Shown: one piece after another, positions 46,839 to 55,243 of the stretch
Position numbering within the stretch: position 1 is the first letter of the stretch
Layout: every line of letters starts with the position of its first letter
NCBI GenBank assembly: GCA_016432645.1
Contig: CP066698.1
Span: forward strand, 325,062-389,061
DNA from: Candidatus Falkowbacteria bacterium
GTDB taxonomy: Bacteria > Patescibacteriota > Patescibacteriia > Patescibacteriales > UBA12465
Length of the DNA: 64,000 nucleotides
Reading direction: 5' to 3'
Translations under genes and position numbers: made by a program
The notes under the pieces: model-generated
What the model was told of the DNA's origin: nothing
The model's database searches: none
Seen by the model: the letters and a program-made list of their open reading frames with translations, nothing else

Positions 46839-47372
46839 ATGAGAAAAATTGCAATTATTGTTGGGTCTAAAAGCGACTTGTCGCAATGCCATGGGGGCTT
46901 GGAGTTCTTAAAGGAACACCAAAATAGTCACCCTGGTGAAATTGAAGTAGTCGGAATTTACGTCCGCAGTCAACACCGCAATACCCTGGAAACCCAGGAA
47001 TTATTGCGTGAACTTGCAAATATGGAAGTTGATGTCGCCATTATCGGCGCCGGTTGGGCCAATCACCTAACCGGATGCTGTGATGCCTTCTTAAGATACA
47101 CCTTAAAAAATGATCATCTGGTCGTTATTGGGGTTGCTTTTGAAGATAAAGAAAATGAGCGGCATAACCAAGCTGCTTATCTCTCTATAACCGAAGTTCC
47201 GGGAACCCAGGTTATCTTTGAAGATGATGATTTCCCAAACGTTGGTCCACTCGGCTTTAGCCGTGCCTGTGTCTTTGCTGTTGATGAAGAACTTCCGGAA
47301 ATCAAACTCCCTGCTCCGCGTCCAACTATGGATTTAGCGCTGGAAGAAGCTTTGGAAATTTCTCAAAATTAA
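46839..47372 (+). CDS. purE: Divergent PurE-like protein (AIR carboxylase / N5-CAIR mutase family)
   Basis: IAIIVGSKSDL, RSQHRNT (compare SAHRTP) and GAGWANHLTGCCDA (compare GAGGAAHLPGMVAA). No purK is adjacent. Confidence 0.6.
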   Translation: MRKIAIIVGSKSDLSQCHGGLEFLKEHQNSHPGEIEVVGIYVRSQHRNTLETQELLRELANMEVDVAIIGAGWANHLTGCCDAFLRYTLKNDHLVVIGVAFEDKENERHNQAAYLSITEVPGTQVIFEDDDFPNVGPLGFSRACVFAVDEELPEIKLPAPRPTMDLALEEALEISQN

Positions 47373-47405
47373 TCACAAAATTAATCGCCGAAAAGCGATA
47401 AATAG

Positions 47406-47433
47406 AAGGGTTGCCTAACAGCAGCCCTTTTTT
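47406..47433 (+). terminator. Intrinsic terminator after purE-like
   Basis: A 9-bp stem AAGGGTTGC/GCAGCCCTT (one G-U pair) is followed by T6. Confidence 0.7.
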
Positions 47434-47473
47434 AATATTTAACAAAAAATTTATTGCGCGATAAATCAAAAAA

Positions 47474-47482
47474 TGTTATAAT
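47474..47482 (+). promoter_or_regulatory. Extended -10 element TGTTATAAT upstream of the fibre-like gene
   Basis: TG at 47474-47475 and TATAAT at 47477-47482. Confidence 0.5.
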
Positions 47483-47488
47483 TTGAAA

Positions 47489-47513
47489 GTCAGCTACAAT
47501 AAATGTAGCTGAC
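47489..47513 (+). promoter_or_regulatory. Perfect 10-bp 5'-terminal stem-loop in the predicted 5' UTR of the fibre-like gene
   Basis: GTCAGCTACA-ATAAA-TGTAGCTGAC starts 7 nt after the -10 element, at about +1. An A-run follows rather than a T-run, so it is not a terminator in this orientation. Confidence 0.5.
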
Positions 47514-47544
47514 AAAAAAAATAAAAATAACCCGAGAGTAACTT

Positions 47545-50500
47545 ATGAAAAAATCCTCTCTTTATACAAATTTTCACGCCAATCAACTGAAGATGGCTAT
47601 CTTTTTGATTGGTTTTTTATTAATTGCAATTCCAGACAAAACCAATGCTAAGTTAATCACTGTCGGCACCGCCTCCGATATTGTAAGTTTTGGGAATAAC
47701 GTCGGCGTTGGTTCAACCGCCCCTAACCAAAAACTGCATATATTCGATAAGGTTTCCAGTTATGCCACAATAAACATCGAAGGGCCAACGGATACAGCCG
47801 ACAAGGGCGCGGCCATTCTTTTTAACGAAGGAAACGGCGCCACTCAATGGGATGGCGGTCTTTACGGATTTAAAGTGGCCTATGATGGAGGCAATAATTA
47901 TTTATTTTTTGAAGGATTTGGCAATGGAACCAGTGCCGGAAAACATTTAAATATCCTGCGTACAGGCAACGTCGGCATCGGTTTAACTAACCCGGGGACA
48001 AAATTAGATATTACCGGAACTCTTCGTAATTCTCTTGCGACCACTCATTCCTTACTCGGCGGAGCTGGCAATGTAATAATCATGGCCGATAACGATGGAT
48101 CATTATTCTCAGCTACTCCAACAGCTTTCACCGCCTCTATTAACGTCAGTACTTTATATCACATTAAGAAGTGGTTTACTCCCCAAACTGGACAAACAAT
48201 TAGTTCCAGCGGCACAACGGTGACGATGCTCAATCCCGTATCCAGCTATCAATTTTCTTCCAGCATGGTTGGCTCCAGGTTAACAATTAACGGTGAAAGT
48301 CGGGTTATTACCGCTTATACTTCAACTTCAGTAGTCACAGTTGATTCAGCTTACAGCACGAACTATAGTGGCGTGTCCGATACTCTTTGGGGTGTTTATA
48401 GCAAGGCCGTAGAAATTGCTAGCGATGGCTCGGTTTCAACTTATTCAGAAACTGGCAGTATGGCGATTAGAAAGCGCTCAGGGGACGGCAATGTTTATAT
48501 TCCAGCCCTATTAGACTCCACTAACAACTACTATCTTCCTTCTTCAGTTCTCTATTTAGATAAAGACTTTCCAATAAAATGGTCAAACTCAACAAGCTAC
48601 AGCGCCAGTTCAGGCAACGATGTCGGTTTACGTAGAACAGCTACTGGAACCTTGGAAGTTTATAATGGCACCAGCACAACCCCAGGAACAGTAGCCGACT
48701 ACAGAGATTTGAATATTAGAAGTTTCAACCCGGCTGGCGGCAATATTGGCATTGGAACCACAACCCCGTCCAATAATAAACTAACCGTTGTTTCCGACCA
48801 AAGCGGGGGCGGAGTAATAAAAGTCCAAAATACCAATATCGCCTCTTGGTCGTCATACGAAATGTTTGATTACGCCGGAGTTCATAAAACAAGTTTTGGC
48901 TATGCTAATCCCAATGCACCAACAGTCGCGGGCCTAGCTCATTTTAGTACTTCCGATGATACTCCTTTTATTATTGCTATCCACGATTTAGAAAAAATTA
49001 GATTTACGACTGAAGGATATATCGGAGTTGCTCAAACTAATCCCAGTCGACCACTCCATATTTCTTCTACTTCCACCGACCTCGTAGCGGCCGGGAACAA
49101 CAACTCAATGGTAATGATTGATGGATTAATGAACTCAACTAGCAGACAACAGTCAGGCATAGTTTCTAGTCCTTATATCAACCCACCGTCGGCCTCAACC
49201 CAAACTTACATCGGTCTTAACTTCATTCCCAATTCCGATTCTCCATATGTTTCAGGTGCCCAAATAATGGGCTTATATGGAGGCGCATACTACTATGGCA
49301 CTAGTACTCTCGGATATGCCTATGGAGGAATTTTTAAAAATTTTGCCAGTGATACCTCCACTATAACTAGAAGTTACGGCGTTTTTATTGATGATGCTTA
49401 CAGGGCGGCTGGCGCTCACATAACTAATAATTATGGCTTATGGGTGGAAAACCAGACTGCCGGCACTAATAATTATGCCATCTATTCTGAAGGAGGAAAA
49501 AATTATTTTGGCGGTAACGTTGGCATTGGAACAACAACACCCTGGAGCAATCTAACAGTTCGCGGCGTTACTAGCGCCCCATCAATCGTCCGAGGAGCAG
49601 CATCAATATTTAGCGTTGCATCTGCCGATGGTGTAGAATTTGCCTTCACAACTGCTACCTCTTCCCCCTGGACTGCTTCTATCCAAGTTAGAGACGTGCC
49701 TGAAGGAAGCGGGGATTTAGCCTATCCTTTAGCCCTAAACCCTGTCGGTGGAAACGTTGGGATTGGAACAGCAGCGCCTAATCAAAAATTAGATATCGCA
49801 GGAAATGTTCATATTAGAGGTGCTGGGACCTTATATAATAATGCTGGGGCCGCCGAACTTCATATTGGTTATGGCATTGCCTCTCCCGGCACTGTCGGCA
49901 GCGTAGCTAGATTAGCGCTTCAGCCATACGGCCACACTGGAGGACCATGGAAATTTGTTACTAGGGACACTGCCGGAGCTGCTTATTTAGATTTTGATTA
50001 TTCATCTCTTCATGCCTTAACATTAGACTCATCAGGAAACGTCGGAATCGGAACTCAGTCACCTAACGTAAAATTATACGTTTCTGGCCAGAGTGTCACT
50101 TTTTTATCAGCCACCAGCTCCAACACAATGTTAATGGGCAGAAATTCAACAGAAAATCTTTACATATATCAAGATGATACTAGCGTGACTTTCGAATCAG
50201 TCCAAGATGAAAATACTGCCGGCTTCGGTAATATGATTTTTAAAGTTGACAATGATGGAACCGCTGATGGTTATTTTGCTTTCCAAAATAAAGCCGCTAC
50301 GAACTTCATGAGAATAACGGCTACTGGCAGCGTTGCCATTGGCACCACTGCTCCGGTCTCCAGATTATCAGTAACAACTTCTACTTTCCTGGATAATACC
50401 CACGCTATTTCTTTTGGTGATAATTTAAACTATTACTACGGTATTGGTATTGCCGGCGGCTCCGGCACCGAAGGAGTTGGTATTTGGGGCGGCTCGGAAG

Positions 50501-50874
50501 GCACTGATAAATCCTTAACTAATCCCAATCTTTTTGTTAAAAGGGGCGGTAATGTTGGCATTGGCACAACAGCTCCAGCAGCTAAACTAGATGTCGCCGG
50601 AACAACAAAACTAGGGACTGCCGGCGGTGCTTTTACCGCCATGGGAACATGTACCATCGCTTCGACCGCAATTTCAACTACAAAAACAAATTATACCTGT
50701 ACCGGCGTTCCCGCCTCAACCGCTGTGGCCGTAAATTGCAGTGGCGCAAACACTCAGAGTGGCGCCGGAACTTTATATTGCCGTGCCACTGGAACAGCCG
50801 ACCAGGTTGCCTGCAATACTTCAGCCGCCAATACCACGGCGATGACCTGGACTTGTATGTGGATTCAGCCGTAA
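47545..50874 (+). CDS. Giant secreted/surface fibre-like protein with nine G-N-V-G-I-G-T-x-x-P-x-x-K-L-x-V motifs and a Cys-rich C-terminal module
   Basis: 1109 aa with N-terminal signal/anchor MAIFLIGFLLIAIPDKTNA. Motif copies include GNNVGVGSTAPNQKLHI, GNVGIGLTNPGTKLDI, GGNIGIGTTTPSNNKLTV, GGNVGIGTTTPWSNLTV, GGNVGIGTAAPNQKLDI, GNVGIGTQSPNVKLYV, GSVAIGTTAPVSRLSV and GGNVGIGTTAPAAKLDV. All 6 Cys residues lie in the last ~70 residues. Confidence 0.6.
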   Translation: MKKSSLYTNFHANQLKMAIFLIGFLLIAIPDKTNAKLITVGTASDIVSFGNNVGVGSTAPNQKLHIFDKVSSYATINIEGPTDTADKGAAILFNEGNGATQWDGGLYGFKVAYDGGNNYLFFEGFGNGTSAGKHLNILRTGNVGIGLTNPGTKLDITGTLRNSLATTHSLLGGAGNVIIMADNDGSLFSATPTAFTASINVSTLYHIKKWFTPQTGQTISSSGTTVTMLNPVSSYQFSSSMVGSRLTINGESRVITAYTSTSVVTVDSAYSTNYSGVSDTLWGVYSKAVEIASDGSVSTYSETGSMAIRKRSGDGNVYIPALLDSTNNYYLPSSVLYLDKDFPIKWSNSTSYSASSGNDVGLRRTATGTLEVYNGTSTTPGTVADYRDLNIRSFNPAGGNIGIGTTTPSNNKLTVVSDQSGGGVIKVQNTNIASWSSYEMFDYAGVHKTSFGYANPNAPTVAGLAHFSTSDDTPFIIAIHDLEKIRFTTEGYIGVAQTNPSRPLHISSTSTDLVAAGNNNSMVMIDGLMNSTSRQQSGIVSSPYINPPSASTQTYIGLNFIPNSDSPYVSGAQIMGLYGGAYYYGTSTLGYAYGGIFKNFASDTSTITRSYGVFIDDAYRAAGAHITNNYGLWVENQTAGTNNYAIYSEGGKNYFGGNVGIGTTTPWSNLTVRGVTSAPSIVRGAASIFSVASADGVEFAFTTATSSPWTASIQVRDVPEGSGDLAYPLALNPVGGNVGIGTAAPNQKLDIAGNVHIRGAGTLYNNAGAAELHIGYGIASPGTVGSVARLALQPYGHTGGPWKFVTRDTAGAAYLDFDYSSLHALTLDSSGNVGIGTQSPNVKLYVSGQSVTFLSATSSNTMLMGRNSTENLYIYQDDTSVTFESVQDENTAGFGNMIFKVDNDGTADGYFAFQNKAATNFMRITATGSVAIGTTAPVSRLSVTTSTFLDNTHAISFGDNLNYYYGIGIAGGSGTEGVGIWGGSEGTDKSLTNPNLFVKRGGNVGIGTTAPAAKLDVAGTTKLGTAGGAFTAMGTCTIASTAISTTKTNYTCTGVPASTAVAVNCSGANTQSGAGTLYCRATGTADQVACNTSAANTTAMTWTCMWIQP

Positions 50875-50932
50875 TCAAGCAGTAAAAACTGAGATAAATA
50901 ATTAAATAAATCAATATCTATAACGTTATCCT

Positions 50933-52366
50933 ATGCCTAACATCCAAGAGACTCCGGATTCTCAAATCGGAGTAATCAAAAAAACCAAAAGCGTCTTTCT
51001 CGCTCCCGTGAAATCAAAAGGGGTTTTAGCCTCGGTAGGAGTGGTGTTAATTGCTCTTGTCGCTCTGATATTCGTAAATTATTTTTCCCTCATGAAAACT
51101 CGCCAGGAATTACAAAATTATTCAGCTATCACCGCAAATCTGGAAAATGAATTAAAAACCATTTCCAAGAGGTCTACTTTAGTTTCCAGCTGGCGCAGTT
51201 TTGGCGACAGTTTCTCTTCATACGCTTATGTTTCCAAAGAGGAAACTGATATGTTTTTTGATGAAAGAGTTACTGCTTTCAGTTTTCCGCCGGTCTATAG
51301 TTTTAATTCCGTTTCTGGATGCGAAAATGCAAGCTGCGATTTAAAATCAAACTCTCTAGTGGCCACGGACCAGGATAGCAGCCAACAAATAAGCAAAGTC
51401 CCCGCCGAATTAAAGGATAAAAAAATTATTTCTTCCAGCCTTAATAAATTAAATTCCCTACAAGTGGCCTCCTTTATTGTCGCTGACGGCCAGGAAGAAA
51501 GGGCTTATGTTTATTTTTTTGATGGCAAAAAATTTACCCCGATTATCACCGCTAACACGGAAAATCAAATAATCACCAAATATAGTCGTGGTGGTGGCGC
51601 CATCGTAGCTGGTGGCGACGACAAGGATTTTATTATTCTCTATATCGGTTATGAGGGCTTAGGTTTCCATTATAAAAATGGGCAATTAAAAAATATTTCT
51701 GATTTCTTTGGCCTGAGAGTGGCTGACAATGGCTTCAAACCATACATAATTAAAGATGGTAAGGATAATAGTGCCGTTTGGTATATTTTAAGCTTAAATA
51801 GCAGTAAACCAAAACTCATAAAACTCTGGCAAAATGGAACACCGGAAATAGTCGGCGCCGTAGATTTAAGCAATGTTTTTGATGATACCGAAGGAGCCTT
51901 AGTCGCTTTTGCCTCCGGAGATAAGGCGCAAGAAATTAAATTTATCTTCAAAAAAGACGGCAGCACCAATGTTAATGCTCCCGCACAAATTTTAATTCCC
52001 GGCGCTTCATCACAGACAGAAGTAAAAATGCCTGCTTCCCTGTCACCTTATGAGTTAAGATTATTCTCAGACAAAGGCTTTGATAATACGATTGATCGTT
52101 CTGTAGTATCAGTAAATCTCAACGAAGCGCAAGGAGCCGTTACTAAGGCTAAAATAAACGAAATCGGCGTCAACGGCGAAGTAAAGTTATTCCTTTCTAA
52201 TTCGGATAAGATATTTGTTGAAACCAAAGAAAATGAAGAAATTAGCTTTTCTATGCATGGCCGCGACTTATTCTGGAGAACTGATTTCCCTAAGGGCCAG
52301 AGCAGCCAATATTCTCCCTGGTTTGATAATATCAACTACTTAGACTATTATTTACAAGTCGATTAA
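50933..52366 (+). CDS. Membrane-anchored hypothetical protein, probably co-transcribed with the fibre-like gene
   Basis: 477 aa with a single TM helix (VLASVGVVLIALVALIFVNYF). No terminator occurs in the 58-nt gap after the 1109-aa gene. No family is recognised. Confidence 0.5.
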   Translation: MPNIQETPDSQIGVIKKTKSVFLAPVKSKGVLASVGVVLIALVALIFVNYFSLMKTRQELQNYSAITANLENELKTISKRSTLVSSWRSFGDSFSSYAYVSKEETDMFFDERVTAFSFPPVYSFNSVSGCENASCDLKSNSLVATDQDSSQQISKVPAELKDKKIISSSLNKLNSLQVASFIVADGQEERAYVYFFDGKKFTPIITANTENQIITKYSRGGGAIVAGGDDKDFIILYIGYEGLGFHYKNGQLKNISDFFGLRVADNGFKPYIIKDGKDNSAVWYILSLNSSKPKLIKLWQNGTPEIVGAVDLSNVFDDTEGALVAFASGDKAQEIKFIFKKDGSTNVNAPAQILIPGASSQTEVKMPASLSPYELRLFSDKGFDNTIDRSVVSVNLNEAQGAVTKAKINEIGVNGEVKLFLSNSDKIFVETKENEEISFSMHGRDLFWRTDFPKGQSSQYSPWFDNINYLDYYLQVD

Positions 52367-53586
52367 TTACTCCCGGCGATAAACCCCGTACTCCAGGCGA
52401 CTTGCAGATTAAAGCCGCCAGTCGGGCCGGCAATATCCAATACTTCCCCGGCTAAATACAGATTAGAAATTATTTTAGAGCTCATTGACTTAGCATTGAC
52501 TTCCTCCAGACTAAGGCCGCCGACAGTAACCATCGCTCTATCATAACCGGAAAAATTAATAATTGTAAGTTTAAAATCCTTGATACTTTCAAGGATTTTT
52601 TTTCGCTGGCTGCGACTAATAACCTTGGATTTTAAATTTTCATTAATACCAGAAGTATTCAATATAAAAACAGCTAATCGCGCCGGAATAATTTCTTCCA
52701 GACTATTTTTAACAAATTTATTATCTTTAGAAAAAAGTAAAATTAATAATTTATCTAAATCTTCTAAAGTAATCTCCGGCTGAAAATCTAGGCGCAATTC
52801 AAAAGTTTGATGCTGATTAAAATCCAAAAAACGGCTGAGATTTAAAGCCGCCGGACCGCTCAGCCCAGAAGCGGTAAAAATTACCGCCCCCTGCTCTACC
52901 GCTAACTTTTTATTAGCCGCGAGTAGACTAAGACTAACATTATTTAAACTTAGACCTTCTAACTCTTTAACCTTGGAGTTATTAACTAGAATGGGCGCTA
53001 AGCCGGGATATAGCGGCATTATCGTATGACCAAGATTTTTGAGCCACCGATAAGCATCGCCGCTGGAGCCGGTTGCCGGATAGGACTGGCCGCCAGTGGC
53101 AATTAAAAAGCGGGCAGCACTTATCTCTTCCCCGCTAGACAAAATAAGCTTCTTAATTAAATTATCTTGAACAACAAAATCTTTAACTTCACATTCCGTC
53201 CTAATTATTCCGCCGGCCGCTTTTATGTCTCTAACAAAAACGCCCAAAATATCGGCCGCCAAATTACTTTCGGGAAAAACTTTATTATCAGCCTCAGTTT
53301 TTAAACGGACGCCGCGGCTGGCAAAAAAATCCATTATTTCTGAAACGCCAAAGCGGCTGAATATCGGAATTAAAAATTTAGCAGCCGGGCCATAGCTTTT
53401 AGCCAGTACGCGATAATCTGGAATATTATTAGTGATATTACAGCGCCCACCGCCGGCCAGCAATAATTTAACTCCCAGACGCTTGTTCTTTTCCAGTAAT
53501 AAAACCTGGCGCCCCTTTTCAGCCGCTTGCAAAGCGGCCATAAGTCCGGCCGGACCGCCACCGATAACCACTAAATCATATTTCAT
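52363..53586 (-). CDS. NAD(P)/FAD-dependent oxidoreductase, HI0933/BaiN-like flavoprotein
   Basis: YDLVVIGGGPAGLMAA dinucleotide fold, GGGRCNITN, and the C-terminal LYLAGEVLDIAGPTGGFNLQ. Confidence 0.85.
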   Translation of the reverse strand: MKYDLVVIGGGPAGLMAALQAAEKGRQVLLLEKNKRLGVKLLLAGGGRCNITNNIPDYRVLAKSYGPAAKFLIPIFSRFGVSEIMDFFASRGVRLKTEADNKVFPESNLAADILGVFVRDIKAAGGIIRTECEVKDFVVQDNLIKKLILSSGEEISAARFLIATGGQSYPATGSSGDAYRWLKNLGHTIMPLYPGLAPILVNNSKVKELEGLSLNNVSLSLLAANKKLAVEQGAVIFTASGLSGPAALNLSRFLDFNQHQTFELRLDFQPEITLEDLDKLLILLFSKDNKFVKNSLEEIIPARLAVFILNTSGINENLKSKVISRSQRKKILESIKDFKLTIINFSGYDRAMVTVGGLSLEEVNAKSMSSKIISNLYLAGEVLDIAGPTGGFNLQVAWSTGFIAGSN

Positions 53587-53607
53587 ATTTATGCGCTTAA
53601 ATGGCCT

Positions 53608-54903
53608 TTAGTAAGCTTGATTTTTCAGACTTTCTAAGTCTTTTTTAATAGCTTCAACCAGTAATTCCGGAGTAGCAAATTTTTCCAGCTCCCTGATTTT
53701 GCCCAAAACCTCAACTTGAAGATTTTCGCCGTAAATATCACTCGAAAAATCAACTATTAAAATTTCCAAAGAAACTTCTTCTTTAAAAACATCCTTAAAA
53801 CCAAAATGCATCAAACCGGAATATGACCGATTATCAAACATTATCTTAACGGCATAAACGCCGTGGACAATATCTAAATCGGTTTTATCCAAATTGGCGG
53901 TCGGATAACCTAACAGCTTGCCTCGCCCCTGGCCATGGATTACTTTTCCGGAAAAAATTATTTTTTTAGTCCGGCCTAATATGGAGATTTTATAAAAAGC
54001 TAAGAGTAAAACGGCTAGTGCCGTCAGCTGCATCCAGTTCAAATAATTATGATTAAAAATATAATCCAAAACTAAAGCCGAAAATGGCCAAAATAATTCC
54101 AAAATAGTCGCTGCCGAAGCCGGAACGCGCCGCAAACCAAAATAATAAATAAACATCGAGCCGGCGCCGCTGGTTAAAACGATTAAACCCAAGAGGCTCC
54201 ATTGCTTAATACTCACTAGTGGCAAAGAACCAAAAGAACCGCTAACCAAAACTAGAATGATTGCTAAAATTGAAGTCAAGCCAAAACGCAAAGCGGCCAC
54301 TGCCTTATAATCTAGATGGTTAGAAATCCGTTTGCCAAAAACGGTTGATGAACCAAAAGCAAAAGCAGCAATAAAGGCGAATAAAGCACCATTATGGAGC
54401 CAGTCAATTCCCCAAAAATCAGCGCCCAAATTAGCAAACGCGATAAAATAAGAAGCGGCGATGGCGGCGATGGCCCAGCCATAAAACTTTTTCGGAAGCC
54501 TCTCACCTAAAATTAAACGCGCTAAAAGCAGAGCAAAAATCGGCTGTAATTTTTGAAGAATAACCACGGTCGCGAAACTGACTTCCCCGTCCATCGCGGC
54601 AAAAAAAGCTTTAGTGATAAAAACTGTTCCAATTAAACCACCAAACAAACTAACCCAACCGAGAGCCAGCCAACTTTTATGACTAAGGGTTTTTATCTTC
54701 GGCCAGAAAATAAAAACAAAAGGCGAAAGCACGATAAAACCGAGAAGATGTTCCAGCATAACCACCAGCTCGGCCGGTAAAACATAGAACTGCGGTCTAA
54801 TGAATAAACCGTCAATGCTCCAAAATAAAGCGGCGAGCATAATCGCCACCGAGCCGGCTAATTGTCCGGGCTTAAATTTTAACCTTAAATTGCTTGCAGA
54901 CAT
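53608..54903 (-). CDS. Fusion protein: EamA/DMT-family transporter (N-terminal ~300 aa, ~10 TM) + riboflavin kinase domain (C-terminal ~125 aa)
   Basis: The C-terminus GKVIHGQGRGKLLGYPTANL...HGVYAVKI...GLMHFG...LEILIVDFSSDIYGENLQVEVLGKIRELEKF is the RibF kinase domain (PTAN motif). The N-terminus is a double-EamA membrane domain. Start MSASNL at 54903 avoids overlap with the DUF1294 gene. Confidence 0.75.
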   Translation of the reverse strand: MSASNLRLKFKPGQLAGSVAIMLAALFWSIDGLFIRPQFYVLPAELVVMLEHLLGFIVLSPFVFIFWPKIKTLSHKSWLALGWVSLFGGLIGTVFITKAFFAAMDGEVSFATVVILQKLQPIFALLLARLILGERLPKKFYGWAIAAIAASYFIAFANLGADFWGIDWLHNGALFAFIAAFAFGSSTVFGKRISNHLDYKAVAALRFGLTSILAIILVLVSGSFGSLPLVSIKQWSLLGLIVLTSGAGSMFIYYFGLRRVPASAATILELFWPFSALVLDYIFNHNYLNWMQLTALAVLLLAFYKISILGRTKKIIFSGKVIHGQGRGKLLGYPTANLDKTDLDIVHGVYAVKIMFDNRSYSGLMHFGFKDVFKEEVSLEILIVDFSSDIYGENLQVEVLGKIRELEKFATPELLVEAIKKDLESLKNQAY

Positions 54904-54911
54904 GTATTTAA

Positions 54912-55202
54912 TTATTTGTTTAATAAGTATAAATATATTAACCAGGCGGCCGCTAAATTTTGCAAAAATAATAAGGGGATGCCTATTAAGAAATACCATT
55001 TCCTGGTTTTATGGCGAAAAACGAACATTCCCAGATAAACACCCAAAGCGCCAAAAGCAGATCCTAAAAAGAATAGCAAGCCTTCGGAAATTCGGGAAGA
55101 GCCAGGATTGGCAGATTTTAATTTATCCAAAAACATCAAGAAAAAAACGATTAAATTAGTAGCCAGCAAAAAGGCTAAGATTAGAAGCAAAGTATTGTTC
55201 AT
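54912..55202 (-). CDS. DUF1294 family small membrane protein
   Basis: LMFLDKLKS..RISEGLLFFLGSAFGALGVYLGMFVFRHKTRKWYF matches the DUF1294 pattern (RIxE...FRHKTxKxxF). Confidence 0.75.
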   Translation of the reverse strand: MNNTLLLILAFLLATNLIVFFLMFLDKLKSANPGSSRISEGLLFFLGSAFGALGVYLGMFVFRHKTRKWYFLIGIPLLFLQNLAAAWLIYLYLLNK

Positions 55203-55243
55203 TTTTTTAATATTGCCTTATAATTATAGCATAATTACCATAT

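Noticed and set aside
54904-55202. FMN (RFN) riboswitch upstream of the transporter::riboflavin kinase fusion
   Set aside because: The upstream space is occupied by the DUF1294 coding sequence with only an 8-nt gap, so there is no room for a ~130-nt aptamer.
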